Below the pieces are notes generated by a model that was not told the origin of the DNA, did no database searches, and saw nothing but the letters and a program-made list of their open reading frames with translations. From Candidatus Zambryskibacteria bacterium RIFCSPLOWO2_01_FULL_39_39 (GTDB taxonomy: Bacteria > Patescibacteriota > Minisyncoccia > Phycocordibacterales > WO2-35-19), in NCBI GenBank assembly GCA_001823925.1, contig MHWB01000004.1:22390-86389 (forward strand): a DNA stretch of 64,000 nt. The letters are read 5' to 3'. This document shows, piece by piece, positions 57,076 through 64,000 of this stretch. Each line of letters starts with the position of its first letter. Within the stretch, counting starts at the first letter, position 1. Position numbers and translations under genes: made by a program.

Positions 57076-58434
57076 CTATACCCCGCTTCTAGATAAAAGT
57101 GCCTTGATGGTTTTAAGAGCGATTTTCAAATCAAGCATAAAGGAGCGGTTTTTGATGTAATAGAGGTCGTAAGAGAGTTTGCGACGAGTCTTTTCACTAT
57201 CTGCATTTACTTTTGGCGGATCGGTATGGTAAAGCTGTGCCCAACCAGAAAGTCCGGGTTTGATAAGGTGGCGAACATTATAATATGGAATCTCCGATTC
57301 ATAGTGTTTGACTAAAGCGGGTATTTCCGGCCGAGGACCTATCATAGACATGTCACCTTTAAAAACCGACCAAAGTTGAGGCAACTCATCTATTCTTGAT
57401 TTTCTAAGCCATTTACCCACTCGGGTGATCTCTACCTCGCTACGCTCGGCGTCAATGCTTCGCTTCGACATCGTCCTAAACTTTTTTACTTTTATTATTT
57501 TATTATTTTTACCAACCCTCTCTTGTTCAAAAAAGATGCTTCCCCCATCATCAAATTTTATAAGAAGCGCCACCAAAGGATAAATAAGTAGCGCAAAAAC
57601 ACCAATTAAAAACGAAAGGATCACGTCCATTATCCGCCTCAAAATATCATAAGTGGCTCTTGATTCGGTAGAAATGTTTTCCAAAAACCAATTATACCTA
57701 ACCAAAGAAAGAGGTATTCTATCAAAAAGATCTTCGTAAATTTTATACATATCTATAAACTTCACTCGAGAAAAAATCAAATTATAGAGATGGGGCAAGA
57801 TCGGCTCTACCTTTTCATTTTTTAAGTCGATCGCAATGATTTGTACTTCTTCGGAATAGACCCGAGAAAGTATTTCATTTTGAAAATCCACACCGGCAAT
57901 ACGATTGAGGTCTACCGAAGATATAAATTCTAATCCATATCTAGGGTTATTATTAACTTCTTCCAAAAGATCTTTCATCTCTTCCCCACTACCAACAATA
58001 ATACCTTTCTGTTTGACTAGCGGATGAAGTATCCGATCGCCGTATATTCTCCAGAGGAGTATGGCGACAAAAGAAATAATTAAATATATAAAGAGATTTG
58101 TTTTGGGAGTAATACCAAAATACGGAATGAAATAGAAAAAGAGAACTGCAATAAAACTGTTGGCAATTTGAGCATTAAAAACCGTACTAGGTAGACGACT
58201 CTTCAAAATCAGAGTGTGTTTTTCATAAAGTCCCGAAATAAAAAATACTAAAATCCAAACGCCAATTATAATTGTAAACGGCCAAAAATGCAGATCCCAA
58301 TAACTCTGAGATGGAATCCCCCACTCCCTCAAAGCTAACGCAGACCAAAGAGAAAAATACAACAAAATAATGTCCCCCAAAAACAGCGCTATTGTTTCCT
58401 TTTTTCCAGATATGGTCATATTAAAAAATATCAT
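57076..58434 (-). CDS. Polyprenyl-phosphate sugar-1-phosphate transferase (bacterial sugar transferase, WbaP/CpsE-like; initiating enzyme)
   Basis: C-terminal domain KFRTM...DELPQLWSVFKGDMSMIGPRP...KPGLSGWAQ is the canonical Bac_transf signature. N-terminal 4-5 TM segments. Confidence 0.8.
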   Translation of the reverse strand: MIFFNMTISGKKETIALFLGDIILLYFSLWSALALREWGIPSQSYWDLHFWPFTIIIGVWILVFFISGLYEKHTLILKSRLPSTVFNAQIANSFIAVLFFYFIPYFGITPKTNLFIYLIISFVAILLWRIYGDRILHPLVKQKGIIVGSGEEMKDLLEEVNNNPRYGLEFISSVDLNRIAGVDFQNEILSRVYSEEVQIIAIDLKNEKVEPILPHLYNLIFSRVKFIDMYKIYEDLFDRIPLSLVRYNWFLENISTESRATYDILRRIMDVILSFLIGVFALLIYPLVALLIKFDDGGSIFFEQERVGKNNKIIKVKKFRTMSKRSIDAERSEVEITRVGKWLRKSRIDELPQLWSVFKGDMSMIGPRPEIPALVKHYESEIPYYNVRHLIKPGLSGWAQLYHTDPPKVNADSEKTRRKLSYDLYYIKNRSFMLDLKIALKTIKALLSRSGV

Positions 58435-58495
58435 ACCTTATTTTCACAAAAAACACAAAAATATAAAAAATATATTCGTATTATTAATACACCAA

Positions 58496-58532
58496 ATTCT
58501 CCTTATTTATACGATCGTAGTTTTAAGAAGAA
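58496..58532. promoter_or_regulatory. Palindromic operator-like site centred on TACGATCGTA
   Basis: TTCTCCTTATTTATACGATCGTAGTTTTAAGAAGAA, between the PaaX-like gene's stop and the sugar-transferase start. Confidence 0.4.
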
Positions 58533-58555
58533 TAATAACAAAGCTATCTGGCTGA

Positions 58556-59134
58556 TTAGATAAGTTTAAAATGTTTTTTAAGCCAAGAATCATTTTCTAT
58601 TTTCTCGGCAATTATGTAGAGCACCTCTTCCCCTATTTCATAATGTGCTTTTAGTAAGGTTACGACTTCTTCACAATCATACGGAAATGCCCAAACACTA
58701 TTTTGTAGCCTAACGCATCCAATATTTTGAAGCATTACTCTGGTCGCATCTCTTTGGAATCTATCTTGCTCTTTTATATCAAAAACGATTAATCTCCATC
58801 TCTTATCCCATTTTTTTGGTTTTTTAATAACAAGATGTTTTGATTCAAGTTTCCAAAGAAATAGTTTTCCTTTATTGGTGATTTTTAAATGTTCACCGTC
58901 TCTATTTTTCTTAATCTCTATAAAACCCTTGTCTTCAAGTTTTTGAACAGTGCCCATCAAGTTGTATATCGGATTTTTCTTGGTACCAATCCAGCCACAA
59001 GTTTTAAGAATTCCCAAGGCATTAGGGGCACAGACGGCTAAAGTTATAAATCCACTTACCTTAAGGGTGGTTAAGATCGCCTGATGAAATAAATATCTTC
59101 TCCTCTGTATTTTTGCTTCTTTCTCCAAACTCAT
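58556..59134 (-). CDS. PaaX-family-like transcriptional regulator (winged helix + PaaX_C/Cas2-like domain)
   Basis: C-terminal WDKRWRLIVFDIKEQDRFQRDATRVMLQNIGCVRLQNSVWAFP resembles the PaaX C-terminal domain. The N-terminal ~90 aa are winged-helix-like. Confidence 0.45.
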   Translation of the reverse strand: MSLEKEAKIQRRRYLFHQAILTTLKVSGFITLAVCAPNALGILKTCGWIGTKKNPIYNLMGTVQKLEDKGFIEIKKNRDGEHLKITNKGKLFLWKLESKHLVIKKPKKWDKRWRLIVFDIKEQDRFQRDATRVMLQNIGCVRLQNSVWAFPYDCEEVVTLLKAHYEIGEEVLYIIAEKIENDSWLKKHFKLI

Positions 59135-59144
59135 ACTTTTATCT

Positions 59145-59180
59145 TATTTTATAATTCCTCTTATTATTACGATCGTAAGA
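59145..59180. promoter_or_regulatory. Palindromic operator-like site centred on TACGATCGTA
   Basis: TTCCTCTTATTATTACGATCGTAAGATTAAGAGGAA: 9-bp perfect outer arms plus the central TACGATCGTA palindrome, about 20 nt upstream of the PaaX-like gene start. Confidence 0.45.
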
Positions 59181-59284
59181 TTAAGAGGAATTTAGTTTAT
59201 ATATTAACTGAATTTTTAGATATAAACAAGGGAGCCTGTGATTTGGCTCCCCAGAATTTCACCCCGCCCGAGAAACCGGTGCGA

Positions 59285-59743
59285 TTATTTTTGTTCCCGA
59301 CAGAACTTGCTATCGGGACTGTACTTCTCACCGATCTTGGTAGAGAAGATAAGTCGCTCGGGTGACTGATTCGTCATCATAAGATCCACCTTATCACCTT
59401 TTGGTAAAAGAAAGTATGCCGACGGATCGAGGGAAATATAGGAGATTTCATTGCCCATCATAACCAGCTTCGGCATAACAGCAAGATCTACTGGTGGTGC
59501 AACAAATTCGTAGAAGACCATCGCGCATGGATGAGCGGTCGCTCTCTTTGCTCGCTCAATGTTGTCTTTGAATTCGGATTCAAGACGAGTAAGCCTTATC
59601 AAATTTTTAGCTCTCTCATCTTTTTCCAAGTATTCAAATCCACGATCGATCAGCGCATTAATCCCAAACACCACGAAAATCAGAAGTGCGCTGGCCAAAA
59701 CTCCAAATATTAGTATTTTCCTCTTTTCGTCACTCATCTTCAT
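59285..59743 (-). CDS. Hypothetical signal-anchored protein
   Basis: I prefer the MKMSDEKRKILIFGVLASALLIFVV start (ATG at 59743). The longer track ORF overlaps the divergent GT4 gene. Confidence 0.3.
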   Translation of the reverse strand: MKMSDEKRKILIFGVLASALLIFVVFGINALIDRGFEYLEKDERAKNLIRLTRLESEFKDNIERAKRATAHPCAMVFYEFVAPPVDLAVMPKLVMMGNEISYISLDPSAYFLLPKGDKVDLMMTNQSPERLIFSTKIGEKYSPDSKFCREQK

Positions 59744-59810
59744 CTCCAGAACCTCCTTTAATCTTATATCATAGCTTGTATTTTTAGTCCAATTGGGGTA
59801 GTATTTTACT

Positions 59811-60962
59811 ATGCAAAATAAAAAGAAAATACTGTTTATCATCACTAAAGGCAATTTTGGCGGAGCCCAGAGGTATGTTTACGACTTAGCCACTTCCCTA
59901 CCAAAAAGTGAATTCGAGGCGGTAGTAGCCTGTGGCGAAGGAGATCTTTTGCCTAATAAGTTAGGAGAAGTGGGTATAAAAACAATCAAAATAAATAATC
60001 TGGTTCGAGAAATTAAAACTTTTAATGAGTTTAGTGTCTGTAAAGAATTGGTAGCTTTGATCCGAACAGAGAGACCGGATATAATTCATCTCAATTCTTC
60101 TAAAATGGGGGGGATTGGATCAGTAGCGGGAAGAATCGCCTCTATTTTAGAGAAAAACTACAAACCCAAAATTATCTTTACATCACACGGTTGGGGTTTT
60201 TATGAAAAACATCGACCTCTATTGTTTCGTTTATTTTTTTATTTAAGTCATTGGTTAACTATTCTTTTGTGTCACCAGACAATCGCGGTCTCAGAAAAAA
60301 CCAAAAAAGATATCGCATGGCTACCATTTATAAAAAATAAAATAAAAGTAATCCATAACGGGATCGAGGATTTTAAGTTGTTACCCAAAAAAGAAGCGGC
60401 TTTAATACTTGCAAAAACTGACAAAGAAAAAACTATTATTTTTTCTCTTTCCGAACTTCATCCAAACAAAGGGCTAGATGTGGCAATCAGAGGCATTGCC
60501 TTGTTGCCAGAAAACATTAGGGATAAAATAGCTTATTACATAGCCGGCGATGGAGAAGAAAAAGAAAGTTTGCAAAAATTGGCCAGAGATTTTGGAGTTT
60601 TAACCACAGTGCATTTTTTAGGATTTGTTGAAGATGCTAAAAAACTTTTGTCAGGGAGCAATATTTTCCTTTTTCCATCAAGAACCGAAAATTTACCTTA
60701 TGCTATTTTAGAAGCCGGTACGGCAGAGCTTCCGATTATTGCGACCTCAGTTGGAGGCATTCCGGAAATAATTAGAGACATGCAAAATGGTATTTTGGTG
60801 CATCCCCGAAATCCCAAAGAAATAGCTGAGGCTATTTTGTATTTGCTAGACCACCCGGAAAATCGGAAAGAATTTGGTGAAGAAATAAAAAAGACCGTAA
60901 TAAATTTTTTCAGTTTAGAAAAGATGTTGGAGGAAACTGAAAAAATTTATAAATTGCCCTAA
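59811..60962 (+). CDS. GT4 family glycosyltransferase
   Basis: ILFIITKGNFGGAQRYVYDLA N-terminal motif. The C-terminal region has FPSRTENLPYAILEAGTAELPIIAT (E-x7-E). Confidence 0.7.
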   Translation: MQNKKKILFIITKGNFGGAQRYVYDLATSLPKSEFEAVVACGEGDLLPNKLGEVGIKTIKINNLVREIKTFNEFSVCKELVALIRTERPDIIHLNSSKMGGIGSVAGRIASILEKNYKPKIIFTSHGWGFYEKHRPLLFRLFFYLSHWLTILLCHQTIAVSEKTKKDIAWLPFIKNKIKVIHNGIEDFKLLPKKEAALILAKTDKEKTIIFSLSELHPNKGLDVAIRGIALLPENIRDKIAYYIAGDGEEKESLQKLARDFGVLTTVHFLGFVEDAKKLLSGSNIFLFPSRTENLPYAILEAGTAELPIIATSVGGIPEIIRDMQNGILVHPRNPKEIAEAILYLLDHPENRKEFGEEIKKTVINFFSLEKMLEETEKIYKLP

Positions 60963-60995
60963 TTATTCTAATTAACCTAATTGGCCTAAAAATTA
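60961..60995. repeat. CTAATT-based repeat, left arm of a MITE-like pair
   Basis: TAATTATTCTAATTAACCTAATTGGCCTAAAAATT, paralogous to 49996-50042. Confidence 0.5.
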
Positions 60996-61025
60996 AACTT
61001 GATTTTCAATTCTATTTACAAAAAA

Positions 61026-61059
61026 GTGAAATAAAAAAACGACCGGGGAACTGGGATGC
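61026..61059 (-). terminator. Strong Rho-independent terminator
   Basis: On the minus strand: CGAUCGGG-caucccaguuc-CCCGGUCG (8 bp with one G-U) followed by U7. Confidence 0.6.
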
Positions 61060-61260
61060 CCGATCGTTCGCTTGGGGGAAAGCCTCATAACTTGCCCCGT
61101 CTTTCATGGGGCTAAATCTCTGCAGAGACAATCCGGCATTACTGCGTCTCTACAGCCCAGAGATACTGCGATATCAACGAGATACCTAGTGGCTAGAGTA
61201 TCACTTTTCATTTGCATAATCAAGAATATTTATTGAGTGCTTTTAAATTGAAAACTGGGG
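61060..61260 (-). ncRNA. Candidate structured small RNA (unclassified)
   Basis: ~200-nt segment at ~52% GC in a 30% GC background. Contains several GC hairpins (GCCCC-n9-GGGGC, TCTCTGCAGAGA palindrome). It is flanked by inverted repeats and ends at the minus-strand terminator. Confidence 0.3.
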
Positions 61261-61261
61261 T

Positions 61262-61310
61262 TTGTTTAGAATAATTAGGTTAATTAGGGCAATTAGAATA
61301 ATTTTCTATT
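61262..61310. repeat. CTAATT-based repeat, right arm (inverted) of the MITE-like pair
   Basis: Its reverse complement, ATTATTCTAATTGCCCTAATTAACCTAATTATTCTAAACAAA, is ~90% identical to 49996-50038. Confidence 0.5.
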
Positions 61311-62481
61311 CGGCTATACCAATAATTTCATTTTTAGCTGCCTCTTTGTTCGTAGCTCGCGCATAAGATGATTGGCCCATGAGTATTCCCAATCCCAAAA
61401 ATTCTGCGAGCAAGTGACTGCCTCCATAACTCATAAAAGGCATCGTGATCCCGGTGACGGGCAGAAGCCCAACATTCATGCCGACATGAATTATAAAATG
61501 AGAAAGAAATATTGAAGAGAGACCCAAACCAAACAAAATTTCAAAATTAGTCGCTCCATTTTTTGCTATACTAATAATCCTCCAAAAGACTACTCCATAC
61601 AAACCAAAAATTAGGATCACCCCCACAAAACCCCATTCTTCACTAAAAGCGGCGAAAATAAAATCAGTCTCATACTCGGGCAAGAATTTTAATTTGGATT
61701 GACTACCGAGTCCTACCCCTTTGCCCCAAATTTCTCCAGAACCGACAGCGATGGTGGATTGATAAGCGTTATAACCACTACCCGAAAGGTCAGTAAGTGG
61801 ATTTATAAAGGAGATGATTCTAGCTTTCTGATAATCCTTAAAAACAAAAAACCATAACCCCCCAAAAGCCAGAAGTCCCGATAAAAACACGACGAGTAGA
61901 TGTTTTTTTGATATACCAGAAACCAGGACCATAGAGAGCCATATTAGGAAAATTATGATGGCCGAACCAAAATCTGGTTGCAAAAAAACAAGCATAAAAA
62001 TTATAAAAGTATAAAATCCAGAAGTTAGTATATGCCGCACATTGGCTATTTCAATATGTCTCCTGCTAAAATATTTGGCAAGAAGTAACACTAAAACTAT
62101 TTTGGCAAAATCAACTGGCTGGAAAGCAAAAGCTCCAAGATCAAACCAGCTTTGAGCACCTTTAAATACAGAGCCAGCAACAAACAAAAATAAAAGTATA
62201 AAACAACAAACAACAAACAAAAATACGATAGAGCTTGTCCGACGCAAAAATCTCCAGTCAACCAAACTGGCTATAAATAAAACAATGATTGAAATTACTA
62301 ACCATATTATCTGCCTCACAAACAAAACTCCCCCACCCGCACCCGCTTGTCCGTTAGGCAAAAAAGAATTCATAGTCAAAATGCCGGCCACCGATATAAA
62401 AAACACGGCCCCAAAAAGTAGCCAATCAAAAGAGTAGTTGATTTTTTTAAATAATTCTCTAATCATTTTAAACCATCTCAC
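61306..62481 (-). CDS. SEDS-family peptidoglycan polymerase (RodA/FtsW)
   Basis: 391 aa, 10 TM segments. Conserved SEDS motifs (PVDFAKI, GSGYNAYQSTIAVGSGEIWGKG, ETDFIFA). Confidence 0.85.
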   Translation of the reverse strand: MRWFKMIRELFKKINYSFDWLLFGAVFFISVAGILTMNSFLPNGQAGAGGGVLFVRQIIWLVISIIVLFIASLVDWRFLRRTSSIVFLFVVCCFILLFLFVAGSVFKGAQSWFDLGAFAFQPVDFAKIVLVLLLAKYFSRRHIEIANVRHILTSGFYTFIIFMLVFLQPDFGSAIIIFLIWLSMVLVSGISKKHLLVVFLSGLLAFGGLWFFVFKDYQKARIISFINPLTDLSGSGYNAYQSTIAVGSGEIWGKGVGLGSQSKLKFLPEYETDFIFAAFSEEWGFVGVILIFGLYGVVFWRIISIAKNGATNFEILFGLGLSSIFLSHFIIHVGMNVGLLPVTGITMPFMSYGGSHLLAEFLGLGILMGQSSYARATNKEAAKNEIIGIAE

Positions 62482-62487
62482 TATTTG

Positions 62488-63891
62488 CTATACTGAATCA
62501 CCAAATATCTTATAGGTTATTTCTATCCTGGCCGGCATTTCTTTGCAAATATCAGAAGAGATGTTTTTGTAAATAGTTTTCAGATCAAGAGCCATCGGAG
62601 CAAAGAAATAATTTTCCTTCTGGGAGGCAATAGTTTTCAAAAAAGATTCATTGATTTTGTCACCCAAACCGATAGTGTAGATAAAGAGACCATCTTTTTT
62701 GACATCTGATGATTCTTTTACAGCCAAACTTTCTGCATATTTTATGTCGAGCTCTTCCGTGCCCCCATCTGGGTTCTTCGGATAATTGGCTACCCCGTCA
62801 GTTAAAAGTATTATTATTTTTGAAGACTTGCCTTCAGATCTAGCTGAGACTAGTTCTTGCCAAGCGGAGTGTAGAGCTTCATAGATATTTGTATACTGTG
62901 TACTTCCTGATTCAATACTGACACCGTCAATTGCTTGTTTAGCTAAATCAAAATCAGAAGTAAGATTTAAGTTCAATGGCTCTTTGGATTTGGTAGCAAA
63001 AGAGATAACTCCAATTTTATCTTTGAGACTTAATTGCTCCACAAAAGATGTAGCGGCAGATTTGGCGGAAGTTAATGGCTCTGGTGGATCGGTGCCTAGG
63101 GAGGTCATTGATCCAGATCTATCCAAAAGAAGCATTATATCTGAAGGTTTTTCACACACCTTAGACCCGAGTTCAAAGGGTTTCGGCCAAGTGAAAAACA
63201 CATCGGTACTTTCATTTTTTTTAAGTGTTTCTACAAAGGTTCTAGAGGCGGCAATAGCGTTGTCAGACCCATCAAAAATCACTGCTATTAGTTCAATATT
63301 TTTTATCTCCTTAATACCATTATTTTTGACATTAGCCAAAACCCTAGGGGCACTTTCTAATCTTAAAATTTGGCCGTGAGTTACGTCTATATCTTCAGCC
63401 ATTTCTTCATTTTTGTTCCAAATGATGCCTTCGCCAAGTTCAAAAACAACTCTTTTGGGCTTAGCCTCTCCTTTAGATGCAATATTTCCTTCAAAAATAC
63501 CGACAGTTTTATTTTTTGGCAAAATAGTGGCCCCTTTCCTTTCTTCCAAAACTTTGCTTTTTTCATCATAGACAGTGAAGCTATAAGGGACGTAGACGGC
63601 GTCCGCATTGGTATTTGGATTTTCCACATAAACCAAAGTGCTCCAAAATCCGCTTGAAACTTCAAAAAGTCTAGGATCCCATTTTACAATCGGTTTCAAA
63701 ACATCGCTACGACAAATAAGAGAGCAGGATCCCCCGCAATCAACACCTGTTTCGTTTCCATTCTGATAACCATCGGAACAGGTGGGTGCCATATACCAAA
63801 ATTTCCAAAAGATGGCAAAAGATGTTGCCGATAGTAGCAAAATTGTTGCTCCCAAATAAATCGCTCTTCTACGAGATGCCCAATCATTCAT
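62488..63891 (-). CDS. von Willebrand factor A domain protein with N-terminal TM anchor
   Basis: MIDAS-like DRSGSM...TDG in IMLLLDRSGSMTS...ILLTDGVAN. An Ig-like/beta-rich region lies N-terminal to it. Confidence 0.6.
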   Translation of the reverse strand: MNDWASRRRAIYLGATILLLSATSFAIFWKFWYMAPTCSDGYQNGNETGVDCGGSCSLICRSDVLKPIVKWDPRLFEVSSGFWSTLVYVENPNTNADAVYVPYSFTVYDEKSKVLEERKGATILPKNKTVGIFEGNIASKGEAKPKRVVFELGEGIIWNKNEEMAEDIDVTHGQILRLESAPRVLANVKNNGIKEIKNIELIAVIFDGSDNAIAASRTFVETLKKNESTDVFFTWPKPFELGSKVCEKPSDIMLLLDRSGSMTSLGTDPPEPLTSAKSAATSFVEQLSLKDKIGVISFATKSKEPLNLNLTSDFDLAKQAIDGVSIESGSTQYTNIYEALHSAWQELVSARSEGKSSKIIILLTDGVANYPKNPDGGTEELDIKYAESLAVKESSDVKKDGLFIYTIGLGDKINESFLKTIASQKENYFFAPMALDLKTIYKNISSDICKEMPARIEITYKIFGDSV

Positions 63892-63968
63892 GGGTTAAGT
63901 ATATCCCAATTTTGCCTACGCTAAAAGCGTAATTACAAAATTGAGAATATTGATGATTAAATTTTTTG

Positions 63969-64000
63969 TGCTGGCGGCTACCTACTCTCCCCTTGCGAGT
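63969..64000 (-). rRNA. rrf: 5S rRNA, 3' portion (truncated by window edge)
   Basis: The minus strand reads ...CGCAAGGGGAGAGTAGGTAGCCGCCAGCA, which matches the conserved 5S 3' end (GAGAGTAGG...GCCGCCAGC, helix I closing strand). Confidence 0.55.

Noticed and set aside
61100-61210. 35-aa minus-strand ORF MKSDTLATRYLVDIAVSLGCRDAVMPDCLCRDLAP inside the ncRNA candidate
   Set aside because: No ribosome-binding site. Composition driven by GC-rich stems. More likely non-coding. Kept only as a remote possibility.
61060-61260. Tried to assign the GC-rich structured segment to tmRNA, SRP RNA, RNase P RNA, 6S RNA or tRNA
   Set aside because: No tRNA-like T-arm/CCA or tag-peptide reading frame. No GGAAGCAGCCAAGGCAG-type SRP helix-8 motif. 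No RNase P P4 consensus. Left as an unclassified ncRNA candidate.
1-64000. CRISPR arrays, integrases or transposases
   Set aside because: No regularly spaced 25-40-nt direct repeats with unique spacers. No recombinase or transposase ORFs were recognisable. The only mobile-element-like signal is the small CTAATT inverted-repeat family.

Overview
This 64-kb window is AT-rich (~33% GC) and gene-dense. The gene content points to a Candidate Phyla Radiation / Patescibacteria-type bacterium. I infer this from secA and secDF, a SEDS rodA/ftsW gene, no obvious Shine-Dalgarno sequence upstream of most genes, very many glycosyltransferases, and a 5S rRNA 3' end at the window edge. Most of the window is one large cell-surface glycan locus. 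It contains a Wzm/Wzt ABC exporter, CDP-hexose genes (rfbF, rfbG), dTDP-rhamnose genes (rmlC, rmlD), an NDP-hexose C-methyltransferase, FkbM/CmcI methyltransferases, and a split transketolase. It also carries at least eight GT4, four GT2 and three GT-C membrane glycosyltransferases, a priming sugar-1-phosphate transferase, and an O-antigen-ligase/TPR protein. The rest is housekeeping (secA, secD, secF, SEDS, VWA) plus two tandem toxin-antitoxin pairs (RelE/Phd, HicAB). Four things stand out. (1) A compositionally foreign ~5.5-kb GC-rich island (~50% GC, 18.9-24.4 kb) sits inside the glycan operon. It carries two adjacent radical-SAM enzymes, one of them SPASM-type, plus Nudix, LMW-PTP and zinc-ribbon genes. 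Duplicated terminator-leader modules bracket the last cassette of the island. (2) A HAD-phosphatase::UbiA fusion resembling decaprenyl-phosphate 5-phosphoribosyltransferase sits next to an NAD epimerase and three GT-C enzymes. That suggests a lipid-linked pentose donor pathway. (3) A second GC-rich two-gene island of unknown function lies downstream of secDF. (4) There are several repeat and structure families. These are heptanucleotide tandem repeats inside two GT4 genes; polyY-TTA-NNN-TAA-polyR perfect hairpins in the 5' leaders of secD and neighbouring genes; TTACGATCGTAA palindromes flanking a PaaX-like regulator; and an AT-rich CTAATT-based inverted-repeat family. One copy of that last family encloses a GC-rich structured ncRNA candidate that ends in a strong intrinsic terminator.
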